Position numbers and translations under genes: made by a program
Origin: an uncultured bacterium
GTDB taxonomy: Bacteria; Krumholzibacteriota; Krumholzibacteriia; JACNKJ01
Direction: 5' to 3'
NCBI GenBank assembly: GCA_963695095.1
Contig: CAVOFT010000001.1
Location: 3,520,001 to 3,584,000, forward strand
DNA: 64,000 bases
Shown: piece by piece, positions 1 through 9,715 of the stretch
How positions within the stretch are numbered: the first letter of the stretch is position 1
Layout of the letters: every line of letters starts with the position of its first letter
Notes under the pieces: model-generated
The model's input: the letters and a program-made list of their open reading frames with translations, nothing else
The model's database searches: none
Told to the model about the DNA's origin: nothing

Positions 1-2
1 CG

Positions 3-344
3 GGCGTCTACCCCACCTCTTGCACCGGCTACGCCGCCACCGGGCCGGATGTCGTCTACTACGCGATCCTGGGCGAGGGCGGCCAGATCGACGCCTGCAT
101 CAACGGCACGCCCGATCTCGCGCTCTACCTGATCACCGACTGCGGCGATCCCGTGGGCAGCTGCGTGGCCGGTGACGACACGGGCAACCCCGAGTGCATC
201 AGCTACACGCACACGGGCACGGAGTCGACCTTCTACTACCTGATCGTGGACACCTACAGCGGCTGCGGCGTCGTGACCGTGACCATCGACCAGCTGGTGG
301 CCACCGAGGAGACCAGCTTCAGCAGCATCAAGAGCCTCTACTAG
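3..344 (+). CDS. 3' end of a secreted Cys-rich protein with C-terminal ATEETSFSSIKSLY tail (5'-partial)
   Basis: Frame of ORF 153..344 is open back to base 3 (GVYPTSCTGYAATGPDVVYY...); tail resembles the SWGQIKALY end of 22765..23340. Confidence 0.8.
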   Translation, partial: GVYPTSCTGYAATGPDVVYYAILGEGGQIDACINGTPDLALYLITDCGDPVGSCVAGDDTGNPECISYTHTGTESTFYYLIVDTYSGCGVVTVTIDQLVATEETSFSSIKSLY

Positions 345-371
345 CCGCACTTGATTTCCAGCCACGAGAGC

Positions 372-401
372 GGCCCCTCCTCTTCGGAGGAGGGGCCTTT
401 T
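372..401 (+). terminator. Rho-independent terminator
   Basis: GGCCCCTCCTC-TTCG-GAGGAGGGGCC perfect stem with UUCG loop, followed by TTTT. Confidence 0.85.
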
Positions 402-440
402 CATGCTAGAATCCAGGCGTCCCCAGCGCGGGAGGTCACC

Positions 441-2090
441 ATGCGCCGCTTGATGCTCGCTCTCATCGCCTGCTTGCTTGCCCTGCCCGCCTTCGCCGCC
501 GAGTTCACCCCCGGCGTGCTGCTGGCGATTGCCGAGGACCCGCAGGCCTTCATCGCCGATCCGGACGGCAGCCGCCCGGCCCCTGCCGATCCCGCGCTGG
601 TCGCCCTGCTCGCGGCGCAGGGGCTGACCCAGGTCGACTACCTCGTCGCCAAAGTCCCCGCGACGCTCAGCACGCGCGAGCGGCGCTACCTGCGCCTCAG
701 CGGCGCCGCGGACCTGGATGTTCTCGTCGCCCGCGAAGCGCTGGCCGCCAGCGGCGCCTTCCGCGCCGTCTCGCCGGACTGGGTCCTGCACTTCCTCGTC
801 TTGCCCAACGATCCGATGCTGAGCCAGCAGTGGCACATCGCCAACCCGACCGCGGGCATTCACCTGCCCGAGGCCTGGGACAGCGAGCAGGGCGACCCCG
901 CGAGCGTGATCGCCATCATCGACACGGGCATCGACTGGAGCCACCCGGACCTGGGGCCGAACATGTGGCAGAATCCGGACGAGACGCCCGGCAACGGCAT
1001 CGACGACGACGGCAACGGCTGGATCGATGACCGCTACGGCTGGGACTGCGGCGCGAACGACAGCGACCCGCGCCCCGAGGCCTACTTCGAGGGCGGCGTC
1101 GACGTGGGCTTTCACGGCAGCCACTGCGCGGGCATCGCCGCCGCCGCCACGGACAACGCCCTGGGCGTGGCCGGCGCCGGCTGGGATTGCCGCCTGATGG
1201 CGCTCAAGGTGGTGGGCGCGGGGCAGCCCTTCTCGGTGGCGGCCGTCACGATGGCCTTCAACTATGCCATCGCCGAAGGCGCCGACGTGATCTCGATGAG
1301 CTTCGGCGGCACGCTCACGGATTTCGGCTTCATGCAGGCGCTCGTCGACGACGCGAGCGCGGCCGGCATCGTCTGCGTGGCCGCCGCGGGCAACAACAAC
1401 ACCAGCGCGATGATGTACCCCGCCGCCCTGGACCGCGTGATCTCCGTGGCCGCCACGAACAGCGCCAACCAGCGCGCCTCCTTTTCGACCTATGGCGACT
1501 GGGTGGACCTCGCCGCGCCCGGCGAGCAGATCTGGTCGACGATCATGAGCAACTACCAGCTCGACTTCCTCACCGAGCTGCTCTTCATGCTGCTCTACGG
1601 CTACGACGGCGTGAACCCCTACATGTACAGCGACGGCACCTCCATGGCCTGCCCCCTCGTGGCCGGTGTGGTCGGCCTCGTCAAGAGCGCGGCGCCCTGG
1701 ATGGACCACGACGCCATGGTCCAGCACCTCATCGACACCGGCGATACCGTGGCCTACGACCAGCCCTGCGGCATCAAGGTGAACGCCGCCCAGGCGGTGG
1801 CCAGCCTCACCGCCGCCGGGACCGTGGCGACCGCCGGGCGCCTCGCCGCCTGGCCGAACCCCTTCAATCCCGCCGTGACCCTGCGCTTCACGCTCGCCGC
1901 GCCGGGCCACGCCCGCCTGGCGATCTACGACGCGGCCGGCCGGCGGGTGGCCCTGCTCATCGACGAGCTGCGCCCGGCGGGTGAGCAGCAGGTGACCTGG
2001 CGCGCGGAGGGCTTGCCCAGCGGCGTCTATCTGTCTCGCCTGGAGGGACCGGAGACGGCAAGTGCGGAGAAGCTCATCCTGCTCCGCTGA
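441..2090 (+). CDS. Secreted subtilisin-like S8 serine peptidase with FlgD-Ig/T9SS-like C-terminal domain
   Basis: GGAGG RBS before ATG 441; signal peptide; IIDTG, HGSHCAG, AAGN and GTSMA motifs; C-terminal WPNPFNP...GVYLSRL...KLILLR. Confidence 0.92.
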   Translation: MRRLMLALIACLLALPAFAAEFTPGVLLAIAEDPQAFIADPDGSRPAPADPALVALLAAQGLTQVDYLVAKVPATLSTRERRYLRLSGAADLDVLVAREALAASGAFRAVSPDWVLHFLVLPNDPMLSQQWHIANPTAGIHLPEAWDSEQGDPASVIAIIDTGIDWSHPDLGPNMWQNPDETPGNGIDDDGNGWIDDRYGWDCGANDSDPRPEAYFEGGVDVGFHGSHCAGIAAAATDNALGVAGAGWDCRLMALKVVGAGQPFSVAAVTMAFNYAIAEGADVISMSFGGTLTDFGFMQALVDDASAAGIVCVAAAGNNNTSAMMYPAALDRVISVAATNSANQRASFSTYGDWVDLAAPGEQIWSTIMSNYQLDFLTELLFMLLYGYDGVNPYMYSDGTSMACPLVAGVVGLVKSAAPWMDHDAMVQHLIDTGDTVAYDQPCGIKVNAAQAVASLTAAGTVATAGRLAAWPNPFNPAVTLRFTLAAPGHARLAIYDAAGRRVALLIDELRPAGEQQVTWRAEGLPSGVYLSRLEGPETASAEKLILLR

Positions 2091-2132
2091 GCCGCGCTTG
2101 CGGGTGACGGGTGCGGACGCTAGGCTGCGCCC

Positions 2133-2969
2133 ATGCCCGAGCTGCCCGAAGTCGAGTCCGTCGCCCGCAGCCTGCGCGCCGCCCTCCTGGGACGGCGCCT
2201 GGACGCCATCAGCGCGCGCTGGGCGGCCTGCATGAAGCCCTCGCCGGCGGCGGCGCGGCGAGCGCTCGTCGGCAAGCGGCTGCTCGCGGTGAGCCGGCAC
2301 GGCAAGTACCTCTTCCTGGACTTCGGCAGCCGCGCTAGCGCGCCTCCCGAGCGCCAGCTCCTGCTCCACCTGCGCATGACCGGGCAGCTCTTCACGGACC
2401 CCGCCTACCGGCCCGACAAGCACCTGCGCCTGCGGATGGATTTCGAGGGCCGGCCCGTCTTCTACCGCGACCAGCGCAAGTTCGGCGGCTTCACCCTGCT
2501 CGAGGGCCTGCCCGGGCGGGACGCCATCCCCCATGTCGGGCCGGACTGGCTGGTGATCCGTCGCGCAGTCTGGCAGGCGCGCCTGGCCGGCCGGCGGGCG
2601 CCGCTCAAGGCCCTGCTGCTGGACCAGGGGCTCGCCGCCGGGCTCGGCAACATCTACGCCGACGAGGCGCTCTTCCGGGCGGGGCTGCACCCGATGACGC
2701 CGGGGACGGCCCTCGACGAGGCCGATCGGCGCCGGCTCTACTCGGCTTGCCGGCAGGTGCTCCGCTCGGGCATCCGCCACGGCGGCACCACTTTCCTGGA
2801 CTTCGTGGACTTCGACGGCCGCCCGGGCAACTTCCGCGGCAAGCTGCGCGTCTACGGCCGGACCGGGGAGCCCTGCCGCACTTGCGGAACGCCCATTGCT
2901 AGGCTGAGGATTGCGGGGCGAGGCAGCCACTTCTGCCCCCTCTGCCAGCCGGATTCGGGTCGTGCATAA
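2133..2969 (+). CDS. mutM: Formamidopyrimidine-DNA glycosylase
   Basis: N-terminal MPELPEVE, HLRMTG, GLGNIYADE H2TH motif, C-terminal CxxC...CPLCQ zinc finger. Confidence 0.95.
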   Translation: MPELPEVESVARSLRAALLGRRLDAISARWAACMKPSPAAARRALVGKRLLAVSRHGKYLFLDFGSRASAPPERQLLLHLRMTGQLFTDPAYRPDKHLRLRMDFEGRPVFYRDQRKFGGFTLLEGLPGRDAIPHVGPDWLVIRRAVWQARLAGRRAPLKALLLDQGLAAGLGNIYADEALFRAGLHPMTPGTALDEADRRRLYSACRQVLRSGIRHGGTTFLDFVDFDGRPGNFRGKLRVYGRTGEPCRTCGTPIARLRIAGRGSHFCPLCQPDSGRA

Positions 2970-3122
2970 CGCTAAAGCGGGTAGAATCCCGCAATGCGGG
3001 ACGAAATGGGTAGCACGGATGCATAATTAGGTGGAGTTTTAGCTTAATTCTGACGATGGTAAGTGCTAGCCTTGAGTCCGTCCGATTCCGATCCCCACCC
3101 GAAACAAGAGAGCGATCCGCCG

Positions 3123-4568
3123 ATGGAGAAGACCATGCCTCGCCTGCGTGAGTTCTTGGAACTGCCCTACGACCAGCTCGAGGAGCTGAACCTCGCCTCG
3201 AAGGCCCTCCAGGAGAGCTGGGCGCCCATGGAGGAGGTCGAGGCCGAGCGCCGGCGCTACCTGGAAGGGGAAAAGCGCATCAAGGCCGTCACCGTGGCCT
3301 TCACGGATATCGAGGGCCGCTTCCACATGCTGGACTACGACAAGAAGTTCCTCCTCAAGTCCGACCAGCTCACCTTCGACGGCAGCTCGATTCGAGGCTT
3401 CACCAAGATCGCCGAGAGCGACCTGCGCCTGGGCATCGACTGGCGGGCCTTCTACTGGATGCCCGCCGACGTCTTCGGCCCCGGCAAGGTGCTGGTCTTC
3501 GGCCATGTGCTGGGCAAGGACGGCCAGCCCTACGAGGCGGACTTCCGCGGCCGCCTGCTCCAGCTCACCCAGGAGCTCTACTGGAAGAACGGCACCGTGG
3601 CCAACGTGTCGGCCGAGATCGAGGGCTTCCTCTTCCAGGGCCAGGACGCCGAGCGCCGCTACTACGACCAGGGCAAGTTCAAGCTGATCTCCACGGGCGG
3701 CTACTACCACAGCCTGCCCCAGGATCCCCTGCGCCAGTTCATGGACACCGCCGCCGAGGTGCAGCGGGCCATGGCCTTCGAGAACGAGAAGGACCACCCC
3801 GAGGTGGGCCCCTCGCAGTTCGAGATGAACTTCAAGTACGCGCCGGCGCTGATCGCCGCCGACCGCATCCAGCTCTACAAGCTGCTCTGCCGGCAGGTGG
3901 CCCAGGGCATGGGCATGACGGCCTGCTTCCTGCCCAAGCCGATCACGGGCATCAATGGTAGCGGCATGCACTGCAACATTTCGCTGGCGCGCGAAGGCGA
4001 GAACCTGTTCTGGGACGAGCGCGGCAAGCAGCAGATGTCCGCGACCGGCTGGAGCTTCATCCGGCGAGTCCTGCACAACGCCGAGGACATCTGCCTCGTG
4101 CTCAACGCGAGCGTCAACGCCTATCGCCGGCTCGATCCGCACTTCGAGGCGCCGAACGAGATCGCGGTGAGCCCCACGGACCGCAGCGCGATGATCCGCA
4201 TCCCCCTGGCCGGCAAGGCCGGTCAGCGCATCGAGGTGCGTTCGGTGGGGCCGGACGTGAATCCCTACATGGCCATCTACACGCTGCTGCGCACGGGCCT
4301 GGAGGGGCCCGAGCCCGATCCCAAGGCGCCCCAGCCCAAGCGCATCCGCAAGCGCACGCTGCCGGGGAACATCTACGAGGCGATGACCGCGCACCGTCGC
4401 AGCGCCTGGGTGCGCGAGGTGCTGGGCGGGGATTGCCAGCTGAAGTACCACGAGCTGAAGGAGGCCAGCGCCAACCGCTGCCCCCACGAGCTGGGCACGC
4501 GCATCAAGCGAGCCGAGATCATGTTCCACCACGAGGTGACCAACCAGATGCTCTGGAACACCTTCTAG
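3123..4568 (+). CDS. glnA: Glutamine synthetase family protein
   Basis: FDGSSIRGF, HPEVGPSQFE, PKPITGINGSGMHCNISL, NAYRRL and RIEVRS motifs. Confidence 0.85.
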   Translation: MEKTMPRLREFLELPYDQLEELNLASKALQESWAPMEEVEAERRRYLEGEKRIKAVTVAFTDIEGRFHMLDYDKKFLLKSDQLTFDGSSIRGFTKIAESDLRLGIDWRAFYWMPADVFGPGKVLVFGHVLGKDGQPYEADFRGRLLQLTQELYWKNGTVANVSAEIEGFLFQGQDAERRYYDQGKFKLISTGGYYHSLPQDPLRQFMDTAAEVQRAMAFENEKDHPEVGPSQFEMNFKYAPALIAADRIQLYKLLCRQVAQGMGMTACFLPKPITGINGSGMHCNISLAREGENLFWDERGKQQMSATGWSFIRRVLHNAEDICLVLNASVNAYRRLDPHFEAPNEIAVSPTDRSAMIRIPLAGKAGQRIEVRSVGPDVNPYMAIYTLLRTGLEGPEPDPKAPQPKRIRKRTLPGNIYEAMTAHRRSAWVREVLGGDCQLKYHELKEASANRCPHELGTRIKRAEIMFHHEVTNQMLWNTF

Positions 4569-4594
4569 GCTTCAACCGCAGCTATTCCGCTCGC

Positions 4595-4627
4595 GCCGGC
4601 GGTCCCCATGGGCCGCCGGCTTCTTCT
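4595..4627 (+). terminator. Probable terminator after glnA
   Basis: GCCGGCGGTCC-CCAT-GGGCCGCCGGC hairpin followed by TTCTTCT. Confidence 0.6.
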
Positions 4628-4641
4628 TGTCACGTGACAAG
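4626..4641. promoter_or_regulatory. Perfect 16-bp palindrome CTTGTCACGTGACAAG
   Basis: Self-complementary; lies just upstream of the HNH gene; function unknown. Confidence 0.55.
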
Positions 4642-4697
4642 TCCCTCCGAATGCCCCAGACTGGCCCCATGTCCGGAAGCCGTGGGACCGGGTAGCG

Positions 4698-5627
4698 ATG
4701 TCCGCAGGGTGGGATACCCGCGTCCGGCTGGCCGCTTTCGAGTGGCTCGAGCGCATGCTCGCCGTCCATGGCGACTTGCTCCCTCGTTCACTGCTGCTGT
4801 CGGGTTTCGAGATCGACGGGCAGCGGATCCCGCTGGTCAGCGCCGCGTTGGGAATCCACAAGCCGCGAGCGATGGAGTTGCCCCTTTCCATCCTCACCGC
4901 ACCCGAAGTCGAGGGGCGAGAGCGGCCCTACGACGACGACATCGACGCCCAGGGGCTCATCGGCTACCGGTACCGCGGCGATGCACAGCACATCCACCAT
5001 CGCGACAACGAGGGCCTCCGGCGCGTGATGCGAGACCGCTTGCCGCTAGTCTACTTCGTCGGCATCGTGCCCGGCCGGTATCAGCCGTTCTGGCCGGCCT
5101 ACGTCACTGGCGACGATGTGCGCGCGCTGCGATTCACGGTGGCGATCGACGACGGCGCGCTGGTCTCCGCGGCTGCGGGAGCGGCCGTCGTGGCCGAGGA
5201 TGCGGCCAGCGCCCGCCGCGCTTACATCACGACGGTGGCCCGCCGACGGATGCACCAGACCGCTTTCCGGCACCGCGTCCTCACGGCCTACCGCGAGCGC
5301 TGCACGATCTGCCGGCTGGGGCATTCGGAGCTGCTTGATGCCGCGCACATCATCCCGGATCGCGAGCCGGAGGGCCTGCCCCTGGTTCGCAATGGGCTGG
5401 CGCTCTGCAAGCTTCACCACGCCGCCTTCGATCAGCACATCCTGGGCATCACGCCGGACTACGAGATCAAGATCCGTCTTGATGTCCTGGAGGAGGAGGA
5501 TGGGCCGATGCTGGTACACGGCCTCCAGGGCTGGCAGGGGCGGCGGATCCACCCGCCCCGGCAATCAGAGCAGAGGCCAGGCCGCGACTTGCTCGAGGAG
5601 CGATTCCGCCGCTTCCTCTCCCGCTAG
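4698..5627 (+). CDS. HNH endonuclease, putative modification-dependent restriction enzyme
   Basis: C-terminal FRHRVLTAY..CTIC..LDAAHI..NGLALCKLHHAAFD (HNH_2 type); N-terminal PYDD..YRYRG..DNEGLR..PLVYF segment resembles an SRA/PUA-like reader. Confidence 0.8.
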   Translation: MSAGWDTRVRLAAFEWLERMLAVHGDLLPRSLLLSGFEIDGQRIPLVSAALGIHKPRAMELPLSILTAPEVEGRERPYDDDIDAQGLIGYRYRGDAQHIHHRDNEGLRRVMRDRLPLVYFVGIVPGRYQPFWPAYVTGDDVRALRFTVAIDDGALVSAAAGAAVVAEDAASARRAYITTVARRRMHQTAFRHRVLTAYRERCTICRLGHSELLDAAHIIPDREPEGLPLVRNGLALCKLHHAAFDQHILGITPDYEIKIRLDVLEEEDGPMLVHGLQGWQGRRIHPPRQSEQRPGRDLLEERFRRFLSR

Positions 5628-5639
5628 CTGCCCCGGCTC

Positions 5640-5653
5640 TGTACACGTGTACA
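5640..5653. promoter_or_regulatory. Perfect 14-bp palindrome TGTACACGTGTACA
   Basis: Self-complementary; starts 13 nt after the HNH stop codon; function unknown. Confidence 0.55.
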
Positions 5654-5751
5654 CCTCCCAGTAGCCGATTCCCGCCGCCGATTCGCCTTGCCCGGCCCGC
5701 CGGCGTCTCCTAGCATGGCGCCGCCGGGCCTCCACCCCGGCGCCCGCCGCC

Positions 5752-6720
5752 ATGGAGGCTCGCATGCATCTGGGAATCTGGGTCGGCTTCATCGTGCTGA
5801 TCATTGCGCTGCTCAGCCTCGACCTCGTGGTCGTGCACCGCCGCCATCGCGTGCCGACATTCAAGGAAGCCAGCCTCTGGAGCGCCTTCTGGATCTCCCT
5901 CGGCCTGGCCTTCAGCCTGGTCATCTACAAGCTCTACGCGATGGGCCTGGCGGGCGACGGCAGCATCGACCCGCGGGGCGCCGCCTTCTCCTACCTGACG
6001 GCCTACGTGGTCGAGGAGTCGCTGAGCGTCGACAACCTCTTCGTCTTCGCGCTCATCTTCTCGCGCTTCAGCGTGCCGCTGGAGCTGCAGCACCCGGTGC
6101 TCTTCTGGGGCATCCTCGGCGCGCTGATCCTGCGCGGCATCATGATCGGCGTCGGCGCGGTACTGCTGGCGCGCTTCGGCTGGATGACCTACGTCTTCGG
6201 TGGCTTCCTCATCTTCACCGCCGTGCGGCTGCTCCTCGCCCGCCGCGAGGAGATCCACCCCGAGGGCAACCCGCTGCTGCGCCTTGCGCGCCAGCTCTTT
6301 CCGATGACCGAGAGCTTCGAGGACCGCCACTTCTTCGTCCGCCGCGGCGGCAAGCTCTTCATGACGCCGCTCTTCGTGGTGCTGCTGCTGGTGGAGAGCA
6401 CGGATGTCGTCTTCGCCGTGGACTCGATCCCCGCCGTCTTCGCGGTGACGAACGAGCCGATCATCGTCTTCACCTCGAACGTCTTCGCGATCCTCGGCCT
6501 GCGCGCTCTCTTCACGGTGCTGGCGCGCGCGATCCACCGCTTCCGCCATCTCAAGACGAGCCTGGTCTTCCTGCTGGCCTATGTCGGCGTGAAGATGCTG
6601 CTGGCCAAGCACTACCACATCCCGGCCCCGATTTCCCTGCTGTTCATCGCCGGGATCCTGGCCGTGGGCGTGATCGCCTCGCTGCGCAGCGCGCCGGCAG
6701 ACGCGGAGCACGTGGCCTAG
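5752..6720 (+). CDS. TerC/Alx family membrane protein
   Basis: EESLSVDNLFVF, DVVFAVDSIPA and SNVFAILGLRAL motifs; multiple TM helices. Confidence 0.92.
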   Translation: MEARMHLGIWVGFIVLIIALLSLDLVVVHRRHRVPTFKEASLWSAFWISLGLAFSLVIYKLYAMGLAGDGSIDPRGAAFSYLTAYVVEESLSVDNLFVFALIFSRFSVPLELQHPVLFWGILGALILRGIMIGVGAVLLARFGWMTYVFGGFLIFTAVRLLLARREEIHPEGNPLLRLARQLFPMTESFEDRHFFVRRGGKLFMTPLFVVLLLVESTDVVFAVDSIPAVFAVTNEPIIVFTSNVFAILGLRALFTVLARAIHRFRHLKTSLVFLLAYVGVKMLLAKHYHIPAPISLLFIAGILAVGVIASLRSAPADAEHVA

Positions 6721-8006
6721 GCGGGCCTGCCCGCCGCCTCGCGTACCCAGCCCTCGGCGATCTTGCCGATGAGCTGCGTGGCCTTCTCCATCGTCTGCAG
6801 CGAGGCCCACTCGCGCACGCTGTGGTAGTTCTGCCCGCCGGTGAAGACGTTGGGCGTGAGGATGCCCATGTAGGAGAGCCGCGCGCCGTCCGTGCCGCCG
6901 CGGATGACGTCGAGCCGGGGCTCGGCGCCCACCGCGCGCGTGGCCTCCATGGCGATCGCCACGATGCGCGGGTTCTCGGCGAGCTTGGGCCCCATGTTGA
7001 GATAGCTCTCCTTCACCTCCAGCTCGATCTGGGTCTTCGGGAACTCCCGCCGCACCTCGTCGCGGATGCGCTCGAGGATGGCGATCTTCGCCTGCGACGC
7101 CGCCATGTCGAAGTCGCGGATGAGCAGGTGGAGGGTGCAGGTGTCGACCACGCCCTCGATGGCCCGCGGGTGCAGGTAGCCCTGGCGCTTCTCCGTGGTC
7201 TCGGGGCGCATGTCCGCGGGCAGTCGCTGGATGATGGCCGCCGGCGGCGTAGAGCGTGTTGACCATCACGTCCTTCGCAGTGCCCGGGTGCACGTTGTAG
7301 CCCTTGAGGCGGAAGGTGGCCGCGTGGGCGTTGAAGGTCTCGTTCTCGATCTTGCCCAGCTCCTCGCCGTCCAGCGTGTAGGCGATGCGGGCGCCGAAGC
7401 CCGCGACGTCGAACTTATCCGCGCCGCGGCCGATCTCCTCGTCGGGCGTGAAGCCGATGGCGATGTCGCCGTGGAGCAGCGCCGGGTTCTCGACGAAGCG
7501 CTGCACGGCCTCCATGATCTCGGCCACGCCGGCCTTGTCGTCGGCGCCCAGCAGCGTCGTGCCGTCGCTGGTGACGATGTCGTCGCCCAGGCACTTGGCG
7601 AGCACGGGCGAGTCCGCCGCGCGGATCACCTGCGCCGGGTCGCCGGGCAGCACGATGTCCCCGCCCGCGTAGGCGCGGTGCACCTGCGGCTTCACGTTCT
7701 CGCCCGGCGCGTCCGGGCTCGTGTCCATGTGCGCGATGAAGCCGACGGCCGGCACCTTGCCGTGCGGCGGCGTGCCCCGTGGGCAGATTGCTCGGGCAGG
7801 GTCGCGTAGACGTAGCCGTGCTCGTCCAGGCGGGGCGCAAGGCCCATGGCCGCGAGTTCGTCGCGCAGCATCCGCGCGAGGTCGAGCTGCCGGGCGCTGG
7901 AGGGACAGCTCTCCGAGGCCTCGTCCGAGGTGGTGTAGACCTGGCAGTAGCGGATGAAGCGTGCGAGCAGGCGTTCGGTCTCGGGCGCGCGGGGTGTGGC
8001 GGGCAT
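6717..8006 (-). CDS. pepT: Peptidase T (M20B), split by about 2 frameshifts
   Basis: LLARFIRY..DEHGYVYATLP / GFIAHMDTSPD, LGADDKAG, FTPDEEIGRG / IRGGTDGARLS..NYHS in three successive reading segments; GGAGG RBS. Confidence 0.88.
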
Positions 8007-8207
8007 GGCACCTCCTGGAACGCGCGAGTCTACCCGCTCTTCGGGCATCGGTCAACGAGACCGGTAGGCGCTCCATGCCCGCCGCAGCCTGCCGAAGCCG
8101 GCAGGCCAGCATCCGCTGGTCCGATTGGCAGAAGACCATCTGCCGTCTTCCCCGCGGTGCTCCGCGACGCGCCAAGGGCCGCCCGCTGCCGCGGTCTCCG
8201 GCACGCG

Positions 8208-8906
8208 CTAGGTCTCGGCCTCTTCGCCCACGTTGAGACTGACGTTCGTCAACCCCTCCAGCGCGGAGAGCTCGCTCACCAGGGCGCTGTATTGCTCGGC
8301 GTCGCGCATGACGATATGGAAGGTCAAGCGCAGGAATTCGCCGAAGCGCAGGGACTTGATGTTGAGCAGCTCGTGGCGCAGGAGGTAGCGCTTGAAGACA
8401 GGCAAGTAGCGGGAGCTCCCCTCGCTATCGTCGCTGGGGATGAGCTGGAAGCTGAGCAGGAACTCGTTGCGCGCTGTAGCGCCGTGCCGCGTCCAGTGCA
8501 GGATGTTGATGAAGAGACCCACCACGAGCGAACCCAGCACCGCGATCTTGAGATTGCCGCTGCCGGCAGCCATGCCGGCGCCCAGGGAGAAGAAAACGTA
8601 GGCCGTGTCGCGGGTGTCCTTGACCACCGTCCGGAAGCGGATGATGGACATCGCGCCTACCAGGCCGAAGGCCCGGGCAATGTTGGAGCCGATGACCATC
8701 ATCACCAAAGCCATGAGCATGGCCAGCATGACCAGCGTATTGACGAAGCTGAACGAGGTGCTCAAGGAGCGCTCCGTGCTTCGGTAGGCCCAGGCAATGA
8801 ACAGGCCCAGCAGGAAGGCAACGAAGAGGTTGAGGCCGATTTCCGCCGCCGTCCACGGTTCGGGGCGCATGGCGAGGCTCTGGAGCAGGTCGTCCTGGGG
8901 ATTCAC
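8208..8906 (-). CDS. DUF4956-like membrane protein (MgtC-like TM part plus ACT-like C-terminus)
   Basis: VMMVIGSNIARAFGLVGAMSIIRFRTVVKDTRDTAYVF signature; GTG start inferred. Confidence 0.85.
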   Translation of the reverse strand: MNPQDDLLQSLAMRPEPWTAAEIGLNLFVAFLLGLFIAWAYRSTERSLSTSFSFVNTLVMLAMLMALVMMVIGSNIARAFGLVGAMSIIRFRTVVKDTRDTAYVFFSLGAGMAAGSGNLKIAVLGSLVVGLFINILHWTRHGATARNEFLLSFQLIPSDDSEGSSRYLPVFKRYLLRHELLNIKSLRFGEFLRLTFHIVMRDAEQYSALVSELSALEGLTNVSLNVGEEAET

Positions 8907-8917
8907 GAGGCCCTCGG

Positions 8918-9715
8918 CTAGCGTGGGTGGGACTGCCAGGCGTCGATCCCATGGCAGTACTTGGAGTAGGATTGGCGGCGGAGGTCGAAGTCGCGAACCA
9001 GGCGAGCCATCCAACTCGGCATGCGCTGGTCGAACTTCAGCTCGAGGATGAAATGGCCATCCTCGAAGGCACGCAGCTCGCGCTCCGCAAAGAGCTGGTC
9101 CAGGCGGGGATCGATGAGACTGCGAAGCCTGAGATCGAAGGTCACGCGCGAATCCGGGTGATCGACGCCGACCATGGGCTCGCGCTCATAGCTCACCAGG
9201 ACCACCGGTCGCAGGTTGTTGGCGCGGACGTTGTAGCGAAAGCGCTGGATGACGCAACGCTTGGTGAAGGGCAGCGAGGCCTCCAGGCCGCTCCCGCCTG
9301 CCAGCGCCGGCAGCAGCTGGCTCGCGGGCAGTGACAGGCGTTCCTTGAAGCCGAGCCGGCCGTGCTTGCGCTTGATTTCGAAGAAAATCGGCGCATTGTC
9401 CGCGGGGCGTTCGTAGCCGCGGATGCGCAGCTTCTTGCGGACGCAGACGCTGTCCGCTTTCTCGTGATAGAAGACCAGATCCTCGCTATCGAAGTAGATG
9501 CTGCGCACCGTATAGCGTCGCTCCGGGCGGTTGAGCGCAAAGGGATCGGGCGCGACGCAGCCCACCAGCGCACGCCGAAGCTCGGGCACCATGGTCAGCG
9601 GCAGGCGGTACTTGTACTCGTAGCGATGGAAGCCTGCGGCGGGCGACGGAGCAGCGATGCGGTCGATCTGCGGACCGACAGCTTGCCCGGTGCCGGTTGC
9701 GCGATTCGCGCTCAT
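8918..9715 (-). CDS. VTC-domain polyphosphate polymerase-like protein (CYTH/TTM fold)
   Basis: RYEYKY, SIYFD, RKKLRIRGY, FFEIKRK, SYERE, RVTFD, ILELKF and SKYC motifs. Confidence 0.88.
   Translation of the reverse strand: MSANRATGTGQAVGPQIDRIAAPSPAAGFHRYEYKYRLPLTMVPELRRALVGCVAPDPFALNRPERRYTVRSIYFDSEDLVFYHEKADSVCVRKKLRIRGYERPADNAPIFFEIKRKHGRLGFKERLSLPASQLLPALAGGSGLEASLPFTKRCVIQRFRYNVRANNLRPVVLVSYEREPMVGVDHPDSRVTFDLRLRSLIDPRLDQLFAERELRAFEDGHFILELKFDQRMPSWMARLVRDFDLRRQSYSKYCHGIDAWQSHPR

Noticed and set aside
5630..5751. yybP-ykoY Mn riboswitch expected upstream of TerC/Alx
   Set aside because: The GGGGAGUAG and GAGACC core elements were not found
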